62,826 bases of DNA from positions 1-62,826 of the forward strand of contig JAGQMJ010000001.1 in the NCBI GenBank assembly GCA_020428685.1, given 5' to 3'. This document shows, piece after piece, positions 1 to 8,742 of the stretch (position 1 is the stretch's first letter; each line of letters starts with the position of its first letter). Position numbers and translations under genes: made by a program. This DNA comes from Candidatus Kaiserbacteria bacterium (GTDB lineage Bacteria > Patescibacteriota > Minisyncoccia > Phycocordibacterales > UBA918). The notes under the pieces were generated by a model, which made no database searches, was not told where the DNA came from, and was given only the letters and a program-made list of their open reading frames with translations.

Positions 1-25
1 CACCCTTCGGGTGCGCGCCTTTTTT
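1..25 (+). terminator. Partial intrinsic terminator of an off-window upstream gene
   Basis: CACCC-TTC-GGGTG core. The CGCGCC arm's partner would lie left of the window. A T-run follows at 20-25. Confidence 0.5.
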
Positions 26-69
26 ATTTCAAAGTGTTAAAATTATTAGCAGTTAATTAACCAAAAAAT

Positions 70-1092
70 ATGCACCCATTTCTTCAAAACAAATACGTAA
101 AATTCGTTGGCGGCGGCCTAATAACTTTTATAGTGTTACTAGTAATACTTGTAATTATCAGCAGTTTCAATTCAACTTCGATTGGCCTCAAAGATTCTTC
201 GTATAGAGTGGGGCAAGACGACTACGGCTTTGCAAATACTATCAGTAATGCACCAATGATGAATAGGGGAATGTCTGCCGACATGATAGAAAGCGAATCA
301 TCTTACTATCCTCACCCTTTACCACCAGCGACAGATGGCTACACAGTGAACCTGGAAAAATTTGAAATCACAAACTACTCTGTGACTGCTAGGACCAAGC
401 AGTTTGATGATTTATGTTCAGCAGTTACAAACTTAAAAGTAAATCCAGACATTCATTTCAAGAGCATTAATGAATCGACAAACAACTGCCGAGCCAACCT
501 TTTTGTTCCCGAAGAAAAAGTACAATTTATTATTGATACGGTGTCAGTTTTTTCTGGAGTGGAAATTGCACGCAACACTGAATCCGTCACTAAGCAAAAA
601 GAGCGATTGGTTAGCCAAACAGAAATCTTAAAGCAACAACTGAACAGCGTCAGCAATTCACTGCTGGTAGCAGAAATCCAACTAGATGAAATTGCTGAAC
701 TCGCTAAACAAACTAATGACGTCAAAACACTGTCACTCACGATTAGAGAAAAAATTAGTTTGCTAGACACTTTGACTCAGAGAAAAATCCAACTAACGAG
801 CCAGCTCGAACAGATGCTAAAGCAGTCAGCTGAACTAGACGAAAGAATTGGAGTAGTAGAATTTACAATTAACATCTATCGCTCCAATCCAATTACTATT
901 AACGAGAAAGCCTCACAATGGGAATCAGCTTGGGACACACTAAGTGATGAGTTTACCAGCACCCAGATTGGAGTTACTGTTATCCTGGGAGTACTGCTAC
1001 TTTGGTTAGTCAGAGCTTTTGTCTACTTACTTATCTTAATTATTGTTTTGCGAGTAGTTTGGAAATTGGCTAAAAGAATCTGGAGAATGTAG
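70..1092 (+). CDS. DUF4349-like membrane-anchored coiled-coil protein
   Basis: 340 aa with an N-terminal TM (FVGGGLITFIVLLVILVIISSF). The central coiled coil is Q/L/E-rich, followed by a short beta segment (VVEFTINIY). A C-terminal TM pair matches the DUF4349 layout. Confidence 0.45.
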   Translation: MHPFLQNKYVKFVGGGLITFIVLLVILVIISSFNSTSIGLKDSSYRVGQDDYGFANTISNAPMMNRGMSADMIESESSYYPHPLPPATDGYTVNLEKFEITNYSVTARTKQFDDLCSAVTNLKVNPDIHFKSINESTNNCRANLFVPEEKVQFIIDTVSVFSGVEIARNTESVTKQKERLVSQTEILKQQLNSVSNSLLVAEIQLDEIAELAKQTNDVKTLSLTIREKISLLDTLTQRKIQLTSQLEQMLKQSAELDERIGVVEFTINIYRSNPITINEKASQWESAWDTLSDEFTSTQIGVTVILGVLLLWLVRAFVYLLILIIVLRVVWKLAKRIWRM

Positions 1093-1103
1093 AGACGGGT
1101 ACA

Positions 1104-1144
1104 GAAAGAAAAGAGCGGCGCCTTCGGCGCCGCTCTTTTCTTTC
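1104..1144. terminator. Bidirectional intrinsic terminator
   Basis: A 19-bp GC-cored stem (GAAAGAAAAGAGCGGCGCC / GGCGCCGCTCTTTTCTTTC) sits between convergent genes. Confidence 0.8.
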
Positions 1145-1150
1145 CAAACC

Positions 1151-2128
1151 CTACACCACCTTCACATATTTCCTATGGGGCGCATTGCGCTTCCACATCA
1201 CACTCTCCAAATAATAATGTGACATACAAATCAGTATCACAATTCCATAACCAATCGTGATTCCATTTGTCGCTGTTCTAACAAAGTAAGCAAACAAAAT
1301 AGACAGGGCAGGAGTCAAGACAAGAACCGGTAGCGGTACAACAGAAAGTAACTTATAAAAAATATTTTTATATCCATCTATATTTCGGTTGTAGTCGTGC
1401 GCAATGTAAAAGGCAAAAGCACTTGCGTCATGAACCACCCGAAAAGCCAAGATGGCGAAAAAAATGTAACCAGTCAAAATGAAATAGTAATTAAAGAAGA
1501 ACAAAACTGAAACTAAAAAAATGTATAGACGAACATCAGGTTTTGATTCCCGAATTTTCGCCAGCATTGTAAAGAATAAAATAATTGCTCCAACAAAAAT
1601 TATCGGCGATATGTAGGGCAGGGTGTAAACAGGAAATACTTGTGGCATTAAAAAGTACACGAATGCCAAACTGGAAGTAATGAAAGGAAGAGCCGTCCAA
1701 AGATAATGTAGCCAGTTTAGTTTCGCTCCCAAGATAAGAGCAATACCAACTTTTTGTTTTATGCCGTGCCACACATCATTTACCAAAAAGAAAACTACAC
1801 CGAGTTCAAAATTTACAAACAACAGAATCGCGGTCGCAATAAGCAATCCTGGCAAATAGAAAAATAGATACTTTCGATAATAATCTAAATACTCTCCGTC
1901 AAAAAAACTAAAAAAACTTCCAATGATATGCGGTAGTCCAAACAAAAAAAGATAGAGCGGTAGAGCCAAACCATTGACACCAAAATGAGGTAGGAGAGAA
2001 GAGTCTAGATAAAATTTATCTACCATAATTACTCCAAAGAGAATCGGCAAGATAGCGTAGACCGAGAGTAGAAACTTTTTAGATATCATCATTCTGTTAT
2101 CGTTCAGCAGGCTCGAATTATTTTCCAT
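1151..2128 (-). CDS. Polytopic integral membrane protein, family unknown
   Basis: 325 aa with about 9 hydrophobic helices rich in F/Y/L/I. No catalytic motif was recognised. Confidence 0.6.
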   Translation of the reverse strand: MENNSSLLNDNRMMISKKFLLSVYAILPILFGVIMVDKFYLDSSLLPHFGVNGLALPLYLFLFGLPHIIGSFFSFFDGEYLDYYRKYLFFYLPGLLIATAILLFVNFELGVVFFLVNDVWHGIKQKVGIALILGAKLNWLHYLWTALPFITSSLAFVYFLMPQVFPVYTLPYISPIIFVGAIILFFTMLAKIRESKPDVRLYIFLVSVLFFFNYYFILTGYIFFAILAFRVVHDASAFAFYIAHDYNRNIDGYKNIFYKLLSVVPLPVLVLTPALSILFAYFVRTATNGITIGYGIVILICMSHYYLESVMWKRNAPHRKYVKVV

Positions 2129-3053
2129 GGAATTTTTTATGAACTTCTCTTAAATGCTTGTCGGTCACATGAGTATACACCTGGGTCGTGCCAATGTTGG
2201 CATGTCCGAGTAGGGCCTGGACTGAACGCAAGTCAGCTCCATTACTCAGCAAGTCAGTCGCAAAACTGTGACGAATAACATGCGGCGTGACTTTACGGGT
2301 TATACCAGCTTTGGCGGCATACTTTTTTAAAAGTCTTTGTACCGCTCTTGGTGAAAGTCTAAGCTCGCCACCATCATTTACTTTTCTTCCATAACGCACA
2401 AACATAGCTCCATCCAAATCCTTACGATTCTTTAGATAATCCTGCAAGGATTTTTTAGCTTCGTCTGACAGAAAGACCACCCTTACTTTGTCACCCTTTC
2501 CACGAACGGAAAATTCATCTCGCGTCAGATCAACATCATCTATGGATAATCCGCACAACTCAGAAATACGAAGACCGGTCGAAAACAGTAATTCTAAAAT
2601 CGCCTTGTCTCTTTTACCTTCAATATTCTTTTGATCAGGGGCAGACATTAGTCTCCGCAACTCCGCTGAAGAAATTAAATCCAAAGAACGTTCAGGTACT
2701 TTTGCCAACTCTATGCGCTCCGGTGAAATAGCTTCGATTCCTCGCTTGCGTAAAAATTTTAGAAACGCCCTTAGTGCTATCAGATAATAATTCTGAGTGC
2801 GACGTTTCATGGCCTCGACCCGTCCACCGACTTTGGTTCCAGGCTGGCGGTTTAGGTACAAACGAAACTCACGAATTTGTTCCTCAGTGAGGTCGGCTGG
2901 TTTTTTGACTTTGGCAAAGTCAAAAAACCGGCCTAAATAACGATCGTAGTTTTCAACCGTCTTCACGCTCCGCCCCCTCTCGATTTCGAGGTACTCCAAA
3001 AATTGACGTTTCAACTCATTTAGATTCATCGTAACAATATTATACCAAGCCAA
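2118..3053 (-). CDS. Tyrosine recombinase, XerC/XerD family
   Basis: N-terminal SAM-like core-binding domain (FLEYLEIERGRSVKTVENYDRYLGRF). The C-terminal catalytic motifs are GLRISEL, HVIRHSFAT and LLGHANIGTTQVYTHV. Confidence 0.85.
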   Translation of the reverse strand: MAWYNIVTMNLNELKRQFLEYLEIERGRSVKTVENYDRYLGRFFDFAKVKKPADLTEEQIREFRLYLNRQPGTKVGGRVEAMKRRTQNYYLIALRAFLKFLRKRGIEAISPERIELAKVPERSLDLISSAELRRLMSAPDQKNIEGKRDKAILELLFSTGLRISELCGLSIDDVDLTRDEFSVRGKGDKVRVVFLSDEAKKSLQDYLKNRKDLDGAMFVRYGRKVNDGGELRLSPRAVQRLLKKYAAKAGITRKVTPHVIRHSFATDLLSNGADLRSVQALLGHANIGTTQVYTHVTDKHLREVHKKFHGK

Positions 3054-3214
3054 GAACCAAGTTTCACGACTAAGGCAAAACCTGAGCAGCTTGATTTTTT
3101 GTTTATTTATGCTATTATCATAGGAACCTTAACAGGTTATCGACCGCACTGTGTGGTACCGCATATTATGAAAGAGCGGAGTAATACTACTGGCTGCGTA
3201 ACTAATATTTACCT

Positions 3215-3481
3215 ATGCTATCAAAGCGAATTAAAGAAAATACTCTTAAGAATGCTCGTCGTCATGACACTGACACTGGTTCACCAGAAGCTCAAGTAGC
3301 TCTATTGACTCGTCAGATTGAGGAGTTGTCCAACCACTTGCGAAAGCACAAGAAGGACTTCCACTCACGACGTGGCTTGCTACAAATGGTAGCTGACCGA
3401 CGAAAGCACCTGAAGTATCTTCAACGAAAAGATGAGTCTGCTTACGAAGCACTTATCTTGAAGCTTGGCTTAAAGCGTTAA
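3215..3481 (+). CDS. rpsO: 30S ribosomal protein S15
   Basis: 88 aa carrying [37 protein letters not shown]...YL...Y..LI.KLGLKR. Confidence 0.95.
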   Translation: MLSKRIKENTLKNARRHDTDTGSPEAQVALLTRQIEELSNHLRKHKKDFHSRRGLLQMVADRRKHLKYLQRKDESAYEALILKLGLKR

Positions 3482-3538
3482 GTTTCACGCCAAGTGGCGA
3501 TTCAGGAGGTTTTACACCCCACTAATCGATCACACATT

Positions 3539-3570
3539 TAATCGCTTCCTTGTGGAGCGATTATTTGTTT
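3539..3570 (+). terminator. rpsO intrinsic terminator
   Basis: TAATCGCT(T)CC-TTGT-GGAGCGATTA hairpin followed by TTTGTTT. Confidence 0.6.
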
Positions 3571-3641
3571 CGCGGTATAGTTAATAAGGACGTTTTACAT
3601 ATCTGAAGAAACGTATTTTTTATAATTTAATTTTTTATTTT

Positions 3642-4256
3642 ATGGGAGTAATTAGACACCCTGACCAAAGAGTAGCGGTCATCATCGATACTCAAAACCT
3701 TTATCACAGTGCAAAGAATCTCTATAAGTCTAAAGTAAACTTTGCGGCCGTAGTAGAAGCGGCAGTACAAAAAAGAAAACTCATTCGAGCCATTTCATAT
3801 GTAGTAAATACAGAGAGTGGGGAGGAGTCGGCTTTCTTTGAGGCTTTGGAAAAAGTTGGTATCGAAATCAAAACTAAGGATTTGCAGATTTTTTATGGGG
3901 GAGCAAAGAAAGCCGACTGGGATGTTGGAATGGCGGTCGACGCCATCAAAGCAGCTCACAAAGTTGATGCCATTGTCCTTGCTACCGGCGACGGCGACTT
4001 CATCCCTTGCGTGGAATACATCAAAAACTTAGGCTGCCAAGTTGAAGCCATTACGTTTGGTCGCTCAGCTTCTTCTGGACTTAAAGCAGTGGTAGATGAC
4101 TTCATTGATCTAGATGATGACCCAAAAAGATTTTTGATTGGTTTTAGACCAACCAAGAAAAATGGTCGAAAGCAAAATTCTCGACCGAAAGGAAAACCAG
4201 ACACAAAAAACCAGGCCAACAAAGTGGTTGGAACTGACACTGACGACTTGCTCTAG
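3642..4256 (+). CDS. NYN-domain (LabA/DUF88-like) putative RNase with basic C-terminal tail
   Basis: VAVIIDTQNLYHSAK at the N-terminus, then ATGDGDFIPCVEYIKNLGCQVE, a typical NYN/PIN-like acidic motif. The tail is Lys/Arg-rich. Confidence 0.7.
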   Translation: MGVIRHPDQRVAVIIDTQNLYHSAKNLYKSKVNFAAVVEAAVQKRKLIRAISYVVNTESGEESAFFEALEKVGIEIKTKDLQIFYGGAKKADWDVGMAVDAIKAAHKVDAIVLATGDGDFIPCVEYIKNLGCQVEAITFGRSASSGLKAVVDDFIDLDDDPKRFLIGFRPTKKNGRKQNSRPKGKPDTKNQANKVVGTDTDDLL

Positions 4257-4260
4257 TTAG

Positions 4261-4301
4261 AACAAAAAAGCGGCGGCCTTATCGGCCGCCGCTTTTTTGT
4301 T
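4261..4301 (+). terminator. Intrinsic terminator after the NYN gene
   Basis: AACAAAAAAGCGGCGGCC-loop-GGCCGCCGCTTTTTTGTT. Confidence 0.85.
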
Positions 4302-4430
4302 CCACACCATCGGTGGTACACCCAATAACTTTTTGATATTGTCAGAATGTTACAAATAATTATTCAAGGTCAGCACGCCAGAATATTTGAACTTTCAAAT
4401 GTCCGAGCGTGCTTAGCTTGAGAGCAAAAT

Positions 4431-6572
4431 ATGAAATCACAATCTTTTAATTTAGAACTAGCAGGAAAAACTTTGACCGCAGAATTCAGCGACCTAACTG
4501 CACACACAAATGGATCAGTAATTCTCAAGTACGGTGAAACCACTATCTTGGTAACAGCCGTGATGAGCAATCGAGAAAATCCGAGCGTGAATTATTTTCC
4601 ACTCTCAGTTGAATTTGAAGAAAAATTTTATGCCGCCGGCCAAATCCTCGGCAGTCGTTTCATGCGCCGAGAGGGTAGGCCAAGTGACGAAGCGATTCTT
4701 TCAGCTCGAATAGTTGACCGAACAATCCGCCCACTCTTCAACCAGCAATTACGGAATGATATCCAAGTGGTAATCACTGTTCTTGCTATGGGCGAAGACG
4801 ACCCAGATGTGCTGGCCGTTATCGGTGCCTCACTAGCACTCTCTGTTTCTGACATTCCATGGCGCGGGCCAGTCGGAGCTGTTCGCATCGCACGCAATAA
4901 AGAAACGCAAGAGATTGTCGTCAATCCAACTTACATACAGCGGGAAGAAAATCTTTTGGACTTTGAAGTACTCGCTTGCGGAAAAGATAAAACTATCAAC
5001 ATGATTGAAACCGCTTCAAATGAAGTATCTGAAACAGACATTGTTTCTATTTTAGAAACTTCAGTTTCAATTCACGAACAGCTCGAATCATGGCAAAAAG
5101 AAATCGTTGAAAAAATTGGCAAGGCCAAAAAGGAAATCAAAGCCAGGGAACTCCCAACAGAGCTGACTGATTTGTTTGAGAAAAATTTTAAAGCCAAGCT
5201 AACCGAAACTCTCTTTAGTAACACAGCTGGAAAAGATCATATATATGAATTAAAAAATGATTTCATGACAGCCGTTAAAGAAGCTGAGTTACCAGAAATT
5301 ATTGCCAGCGATTTCTTCGAAGAAGCTGTAGACAAAGAGTTGCACCGCGGAGCAATTGAAGAAGGCAAACGAGCAGACGGACGAGGCATGGATCAGGTAC
5401 GAGAACTCTACGCTCAAGCTGGTGGAGTATCGCCAGTTCTACACGGCTCAGGAATTTTTTATCGAGGTGGCACACACATTTTCTCAGCCCTTACTCTTGG
5501 TGGACCAGACTCAGCACAAATACTAGACACAATCGAGTCGCAAGATTCAAAGAAACGATTTATTCATCACTACAACTTTCCACCTTTTTCAGTTGGAGAA
5601 ACAGGGCGAGTTGGAGGTTTCAACCGCCGCATGATTGGACATGGAGCTTTGGCTGAAAAAGCTTTGGTTCCAGTTATTCCTGATCAAGCCACTTTTCCTT
5701 ACACCATCAGACTAGTGTCCGAAACACTTTCCAGTAACGGCTCAAGTTCTATGGGCTCAGTTTGCGGATCCATCTTGGCCCTTATGGATGGCGGAGTTCC
5801 GATCAAAAGACCTGTCGCTGGTATCGCTTCGGGCGTTATGATTGAAGGGGATAAATATGCATTACTAACTGACATCCAAGGACCAGAGGATGAGTTTGGT
5901 GATATGGATTTTAAAGTCGCAGGAACAACTGAAGGTATCACCGCAATTCAAATGGACGTAAAAGTAGATGGTGTTCCCTTGCACATTTTAACTGAGGCTT
6001 TAGAGAAAGCACGTTTGGCTCGACTTCAAATCATCGAAGTGATGCTGAAAGAAATTTCTAGTCCACGACCAGAGATTTCTCCACGCGCACCGCAGATTAT
6101 CACCATGCAGATTATGCCTGAACAAATTGGCTTAGTTATTGGCGGTGGAGGAAAAACAATCAACGGTATCAAAGATGAAACTGGTGTAGAGGAAATCACC
6201 ATCGAAGATAACGGTTCAATATTCATCACTGGAAAGAACGGTACGGCTGAAGCGGCTGCTGACAAGATTCGAGCTCTAACTAAAAAGTACGAAGTGGGTG
6301 AAAAGGTTGATGTGACAATTGTTAAAATCGCCACCTTTGGCGCCTTCGCCAAACTCGACTCATATAATGAGGGCCTGATTCACATCTCAGAAATCGCGCC
6401 ATTCAGAATTGAGTCAATGGACGGCATCCTTAAAGAGGGGGAGGTTGTGTCAGTCATTGTTTCTAAAGTAGAAGATGGCAAGATTGGGCTGTCAATCAAG
6501 CAGGTAGACCCTGAATTTGCTACAAAAAGAGGCATAAAACCCCCAGAAACCAAGTCTTCACCCACAAAATAG
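4431..6572 (+). CDS. pnp: Polyribonucleotide nucleotidyltransferase (PNPase)
   Basis: 713 aa with two RNase PH domains (FKVAGT motif). It also has a KH domain (IGGGGKTINGI) and an S1 domain (GEKVDVTIVKIATFGAFAKL). Confidence 0.95.
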   Translation: MKSQSFNLELAGKTLTAEFSDLTAHTNGSVILKYGETTILVTAVMSNRENPSVNYFPLSVEFEEKFYAAGQILGSRFMRREGRPSDEAILSARIVDRTIRPLFNQQLRNDIQVVITVLAMGEDDPDVLAVIGASLALSVSDIPWRGPVGAVRIARNKETQEIVVNPTYIQREENLLDFEVLACGKDKTINMIETASNEVSETDIVSILETSVSIHEQLESWQKEIVEKIGKAKKEIKARELPTELTDLFEKNFKAKLTETLFSNTAGKDHIYELKNDFMTAVKEAELPEIIASDFFEEAVDKELHRGAIEEGKRADGRGMDQVRELYAQAGGVSPVLHGSGIFYRGGTHIFSALTLGGPDSAQILDTIESQDSKKRFIHHYNFPPFSVGETGRVGGFNRRMIGHGALAEKALVPVIPDQATFPYTIRLVSETLSSNGSSSMGSVCGSILALMDGGVPIKRPVAGIASGVMIEGDKYALLTDIQGPEDEFGDMDFKVAGTTEGITAIQMDVKVDGVPLHILTEALEKARLARLQIIEVMLKEISSPRPEISPRAPQIITMQIMPEQIGLVIGGGGKTINGIKDETGVEEITIEDNGSIFITGKNGTAEAAADKIRALTKKYEVGEKVDVTIVKIATFGAFAKLDSYNEGLIHISEIAPFRIESMDGILKEGEVVSVIVSKVEDGKIGLSIKQVDPEFATKRGIKPPETKSSPTK

Positions 6573-6621
6573 TGAAAAACGTGGGTCACAAATCGCGCAA
6601 TTCATGCGATACTAGAGTCTA

Positions 6622-8352
6622 ATGAGTGAAGAATCTAAAAAGAACCCATCTCACATCCGCACTTTTGCGAAGGATTTGGACGCTGAAAGAAGTAAAAGAA
6701 AGGGGGCTTCTGAGCCTGAGACCAAAGACGAGCCTGTTGTCAAAACAGAAACTGAACCCAAGGTAGAAGAGGAGGTAAAAAGCTTACAAAGCGAAGCGTC
6801 ATCTATTCTTAAGACACCTATTCCAAAACCACCAAGCCCAAGCACAGACGATGACAAAGCTCCAGTAAGGAAAGAAGCCGAGAGAAAAATTCCTGCCTTT
6901 CACGAACTCCAGCACCGAGTAGACAGCTTGCAGAAAAACCATCCCGTAACCAAACACGAGGATATTAAAGCTGAGAATAAATCTAAAACAGTGAAGCTTG
7001 AAGAAGAAGACCAGACGGACAATATCGAGCCAAAGGAAAAAGAGGCTCCTGCATTTGTACACGGGGGAACAATCATCACAGATACTAAGAACGAAAAGTT
7101 CCAACTGTTTCCTTCAGTAGTGAATTCAATTAAAAAATGGTTTGCCAACTACCTGAGCGAACGTAAACGCAAAGCCGCCCCAAAGTACGTCATCCCAGAA
7201 ACCAATCGACGAAAAGGCGTGATTCAAAAAGCCACCTCAAAAACAGGCACCATCTTTACAGCTGATAACGAAACCCTAAAAGAAAAAATTCGCAAGCGAC
7301 AACAGAGCATCGCTAACGCAAAGACTATCGACGAACCAGAAACTAGCTGGTCACCTTTTACTGAAACAGGGTACGATCTACTCGAAGCTCCAGATGAACC
7401 AATCAACCAAATCAGCAATGTTGTTGTTGAGTACAAGAGCAAACCAAAACCAGAGCCAGTTACTCCAGCTGAAGATAAGGTTGTTATTCCTGCACCAGAA
7501 GCACCTCAGATGGAAGTAAAGCCTATCGTAGAAAAAGCTGTCGACAAAACTCCAGTCATTGTAGAGCCAACATCTGTCAGTCAGCCTGTGGCCACTCCAA
7601 TCATAGAAACAGAAACACCAAGAACAGAAACTGTAGCCATCAGAAGGAGACCGCTCGCATCTGGATTCGAAAATCTTCGCAACTTCATTTCACAACTTGA
7701 TACGAATACCCTTACTGTAGTTCTGCTAATTGTATTTACGGGTGTAGCTCTTGTAGTGATAATCATCAGCTTAATAACCAACTACTTTAGTCCTAAGGAA
7801 GAAATCACTGAAATTACCCCTACCACTTACGAGCAAATGCTTTCTGGTTCTGACTTGATAGAGATTTCTATCTCAAACTTAGAGCGGGGGGAGGTTGCGA
7901 CTGCGATAAACCAGACACTGAGCGACTCCTCTTCAAACCTTACTGAAGTAATAATCCTCAGCAACGGAACTGAGTTGGCTGCCACAGATATATTTGCCAC
8001 AATGAATCTTCAGGCGATACCAAATCTTCCTCAATCAGTCACAAGCATTCGCTTTGCTGCATTACGTGATTACTCAAACACCATAGTACTTAAGTACGTT
8101 GATGAATACACAGTTCGCGGCAGTCTACTAAAGTGGGAAAAGAGCATGGCTAATGACCTAAAAAACATTTTCCCAAGTATTGGCGAAGGCAACACAACCT
8201 TCAAAGACGGAACCATCGGAGGAACTGACGTACGAATTCTTCAAGATTCAGCCGACACATACATAGTCTACGGAATGACCGACAGTCATATCATCATCAC
8301 TACTGACAGAGAAACCTTCGCAAAAGTTTTGAAGATAGAATTTACAAATTAA
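6622..8352 (+). CDS. Single-pass membrane protein with a long disordered Pro/Glu/Lys-rich N-terminal half
   Basis: 576 aa with an HIRTFAKDLDA motif near the N-terminus. One TM (LTVVLLIVFTGVALVVIIISLI) is followed by a roughly 180-aa C-terminal globular domain. Confidence 0.6.
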   Translation: MSEESKKNPSHIRTFAKDLDAERSKRKGASEPETKDEPVVKTETEPKVEEEVKSLQSEASSILKTPIPKPPSPSTDDDKAPVRKEAERKIPAFHELQHRVDSLQKNHPVTKHEDIKAENKSKTVKLEEEDQTDNIEPKEKEAPAFVHGGTIITDTKNEKFQLFPSVVNSIKKWFANYLSERKRKAAPKYVIPETNRRKGVIQKATSKTGTIFTADNETLKEKIRKRQQSIANAKTIDEPETSWSPFTETGYDLLEAPDEPINQISNVVVEYKSKPKPEPVTPAEDKVVIPAPEAPQMEVKPIVEKAVDKTPVIVEPTSVSQPVATPIIETETPRTETVAIRRRPLASGFENLRNFISQLDTNTLTVVLLIVFTGVALVVIIISLITNYFSPKEEITEITPTTYEQMLSGSDLIEISISNLERGEVATAINQTLSDSSSNLTEVIILSNGTELAATDIFATMNLQAIPNLPQSVTSIRFAALRDYSNTIVLKYVDEYTVRGSLLKWEKSMANDLKNIFPSIGEGNTTFKDGTIGGTDVRILQDSADTYIVYGMTDSHIIITTDRETFAKVLKIEFTN

Positions 8353-8364
8353 TTTAATTTTGAA

Positions 8365-8736
8365 ATGGAAACAGAAAAGTTTAAGCTACCGCTTGAATCA
8401 GCTTTAAAAGCTATCACCTCAGAACTATCAACTATCGCAAAACACAATGAGTCTTCTGATGACTGGGAAGCTTTTCCAGTCGGAACAGAAGTTGGAGAAG
8501 CAGACTCAAACAGTGAAGCTGACGTAGTCGAGGAGTGGAACGAAAGGCGAGCGATTGTCGCTCAGCTAGAAACTCGATACCGAAATATCGTTAAGGCTTT
8601 GACCAAGATTGAAGAAGGTAAGTATGGTATCTGTGAAATTAGCGGTGAACCAATCGAGGAAGAAAGACTAATGGTCAACCCCGCCGCACGCACAAATCTG
8701 GCCAACATGGATAGAGAAAAAGAATTACCAGTCTAG
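8365..8736 (+). CDS. DksA/TraR-family protein with a degenerate (Cys-poor) zinc finger
   Basis: Coiled-coil N-terminal part, then GKYGICEISGEPIEEERLMVNPAARTNL. This matches the GxYGxCxxCGxxI..eRL...P motif but retains only one Cys. Confidence 0.6.
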   Translation: METEKFKLPLESALKAITSELSTIAKHNESSDDWEAFPVGTEVGEADSNSEADVVEEWNERRAIVAQLETRYRNIVKALTKIEEGKYGICEISGEPIEEERLMVNPAARTNLANMDREKELPV

Positions 8737-8742
8737 CTCCTT

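Noticed and set aside
453-770. Many 60-130-aa ORFs in the track lie antisense or out of frame inside long, well-supported genes. Examples: 453-770, 1536-1772, 4628-4924, 6026-6352, 9261-9554, 13106-13408, 19029-19274, 20133-20486, 23727-23969, 37656-38018, 52171-52569, 53646-53996, 59560-60126.
   Set aside because: They are fully nested in genes with clear family motifs. Their compositions are low-complexity mirror images (Ser/Leu/Arg-rich), they lack SD or promoter context, and no motif was recognised. They are typical shadow ORFs.
2118-3053. The tyrosine recombinase as a phage or island integrase.
   Set aside because: Its length, its N-terminal Xer-type core-binding motif and its context (overlapping a membrane-protein gene, next to rpsO) fit chromosomal dimer resolution. 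No att-like repeats were seen nearby.
3099-3299. A 66-aa ORF overlapping the rpsO leader and start.
   Set aside because: It is out of frame with, and overlaps, the unambiguous S15 gene. It lies in the rpsO promoter/leader region.
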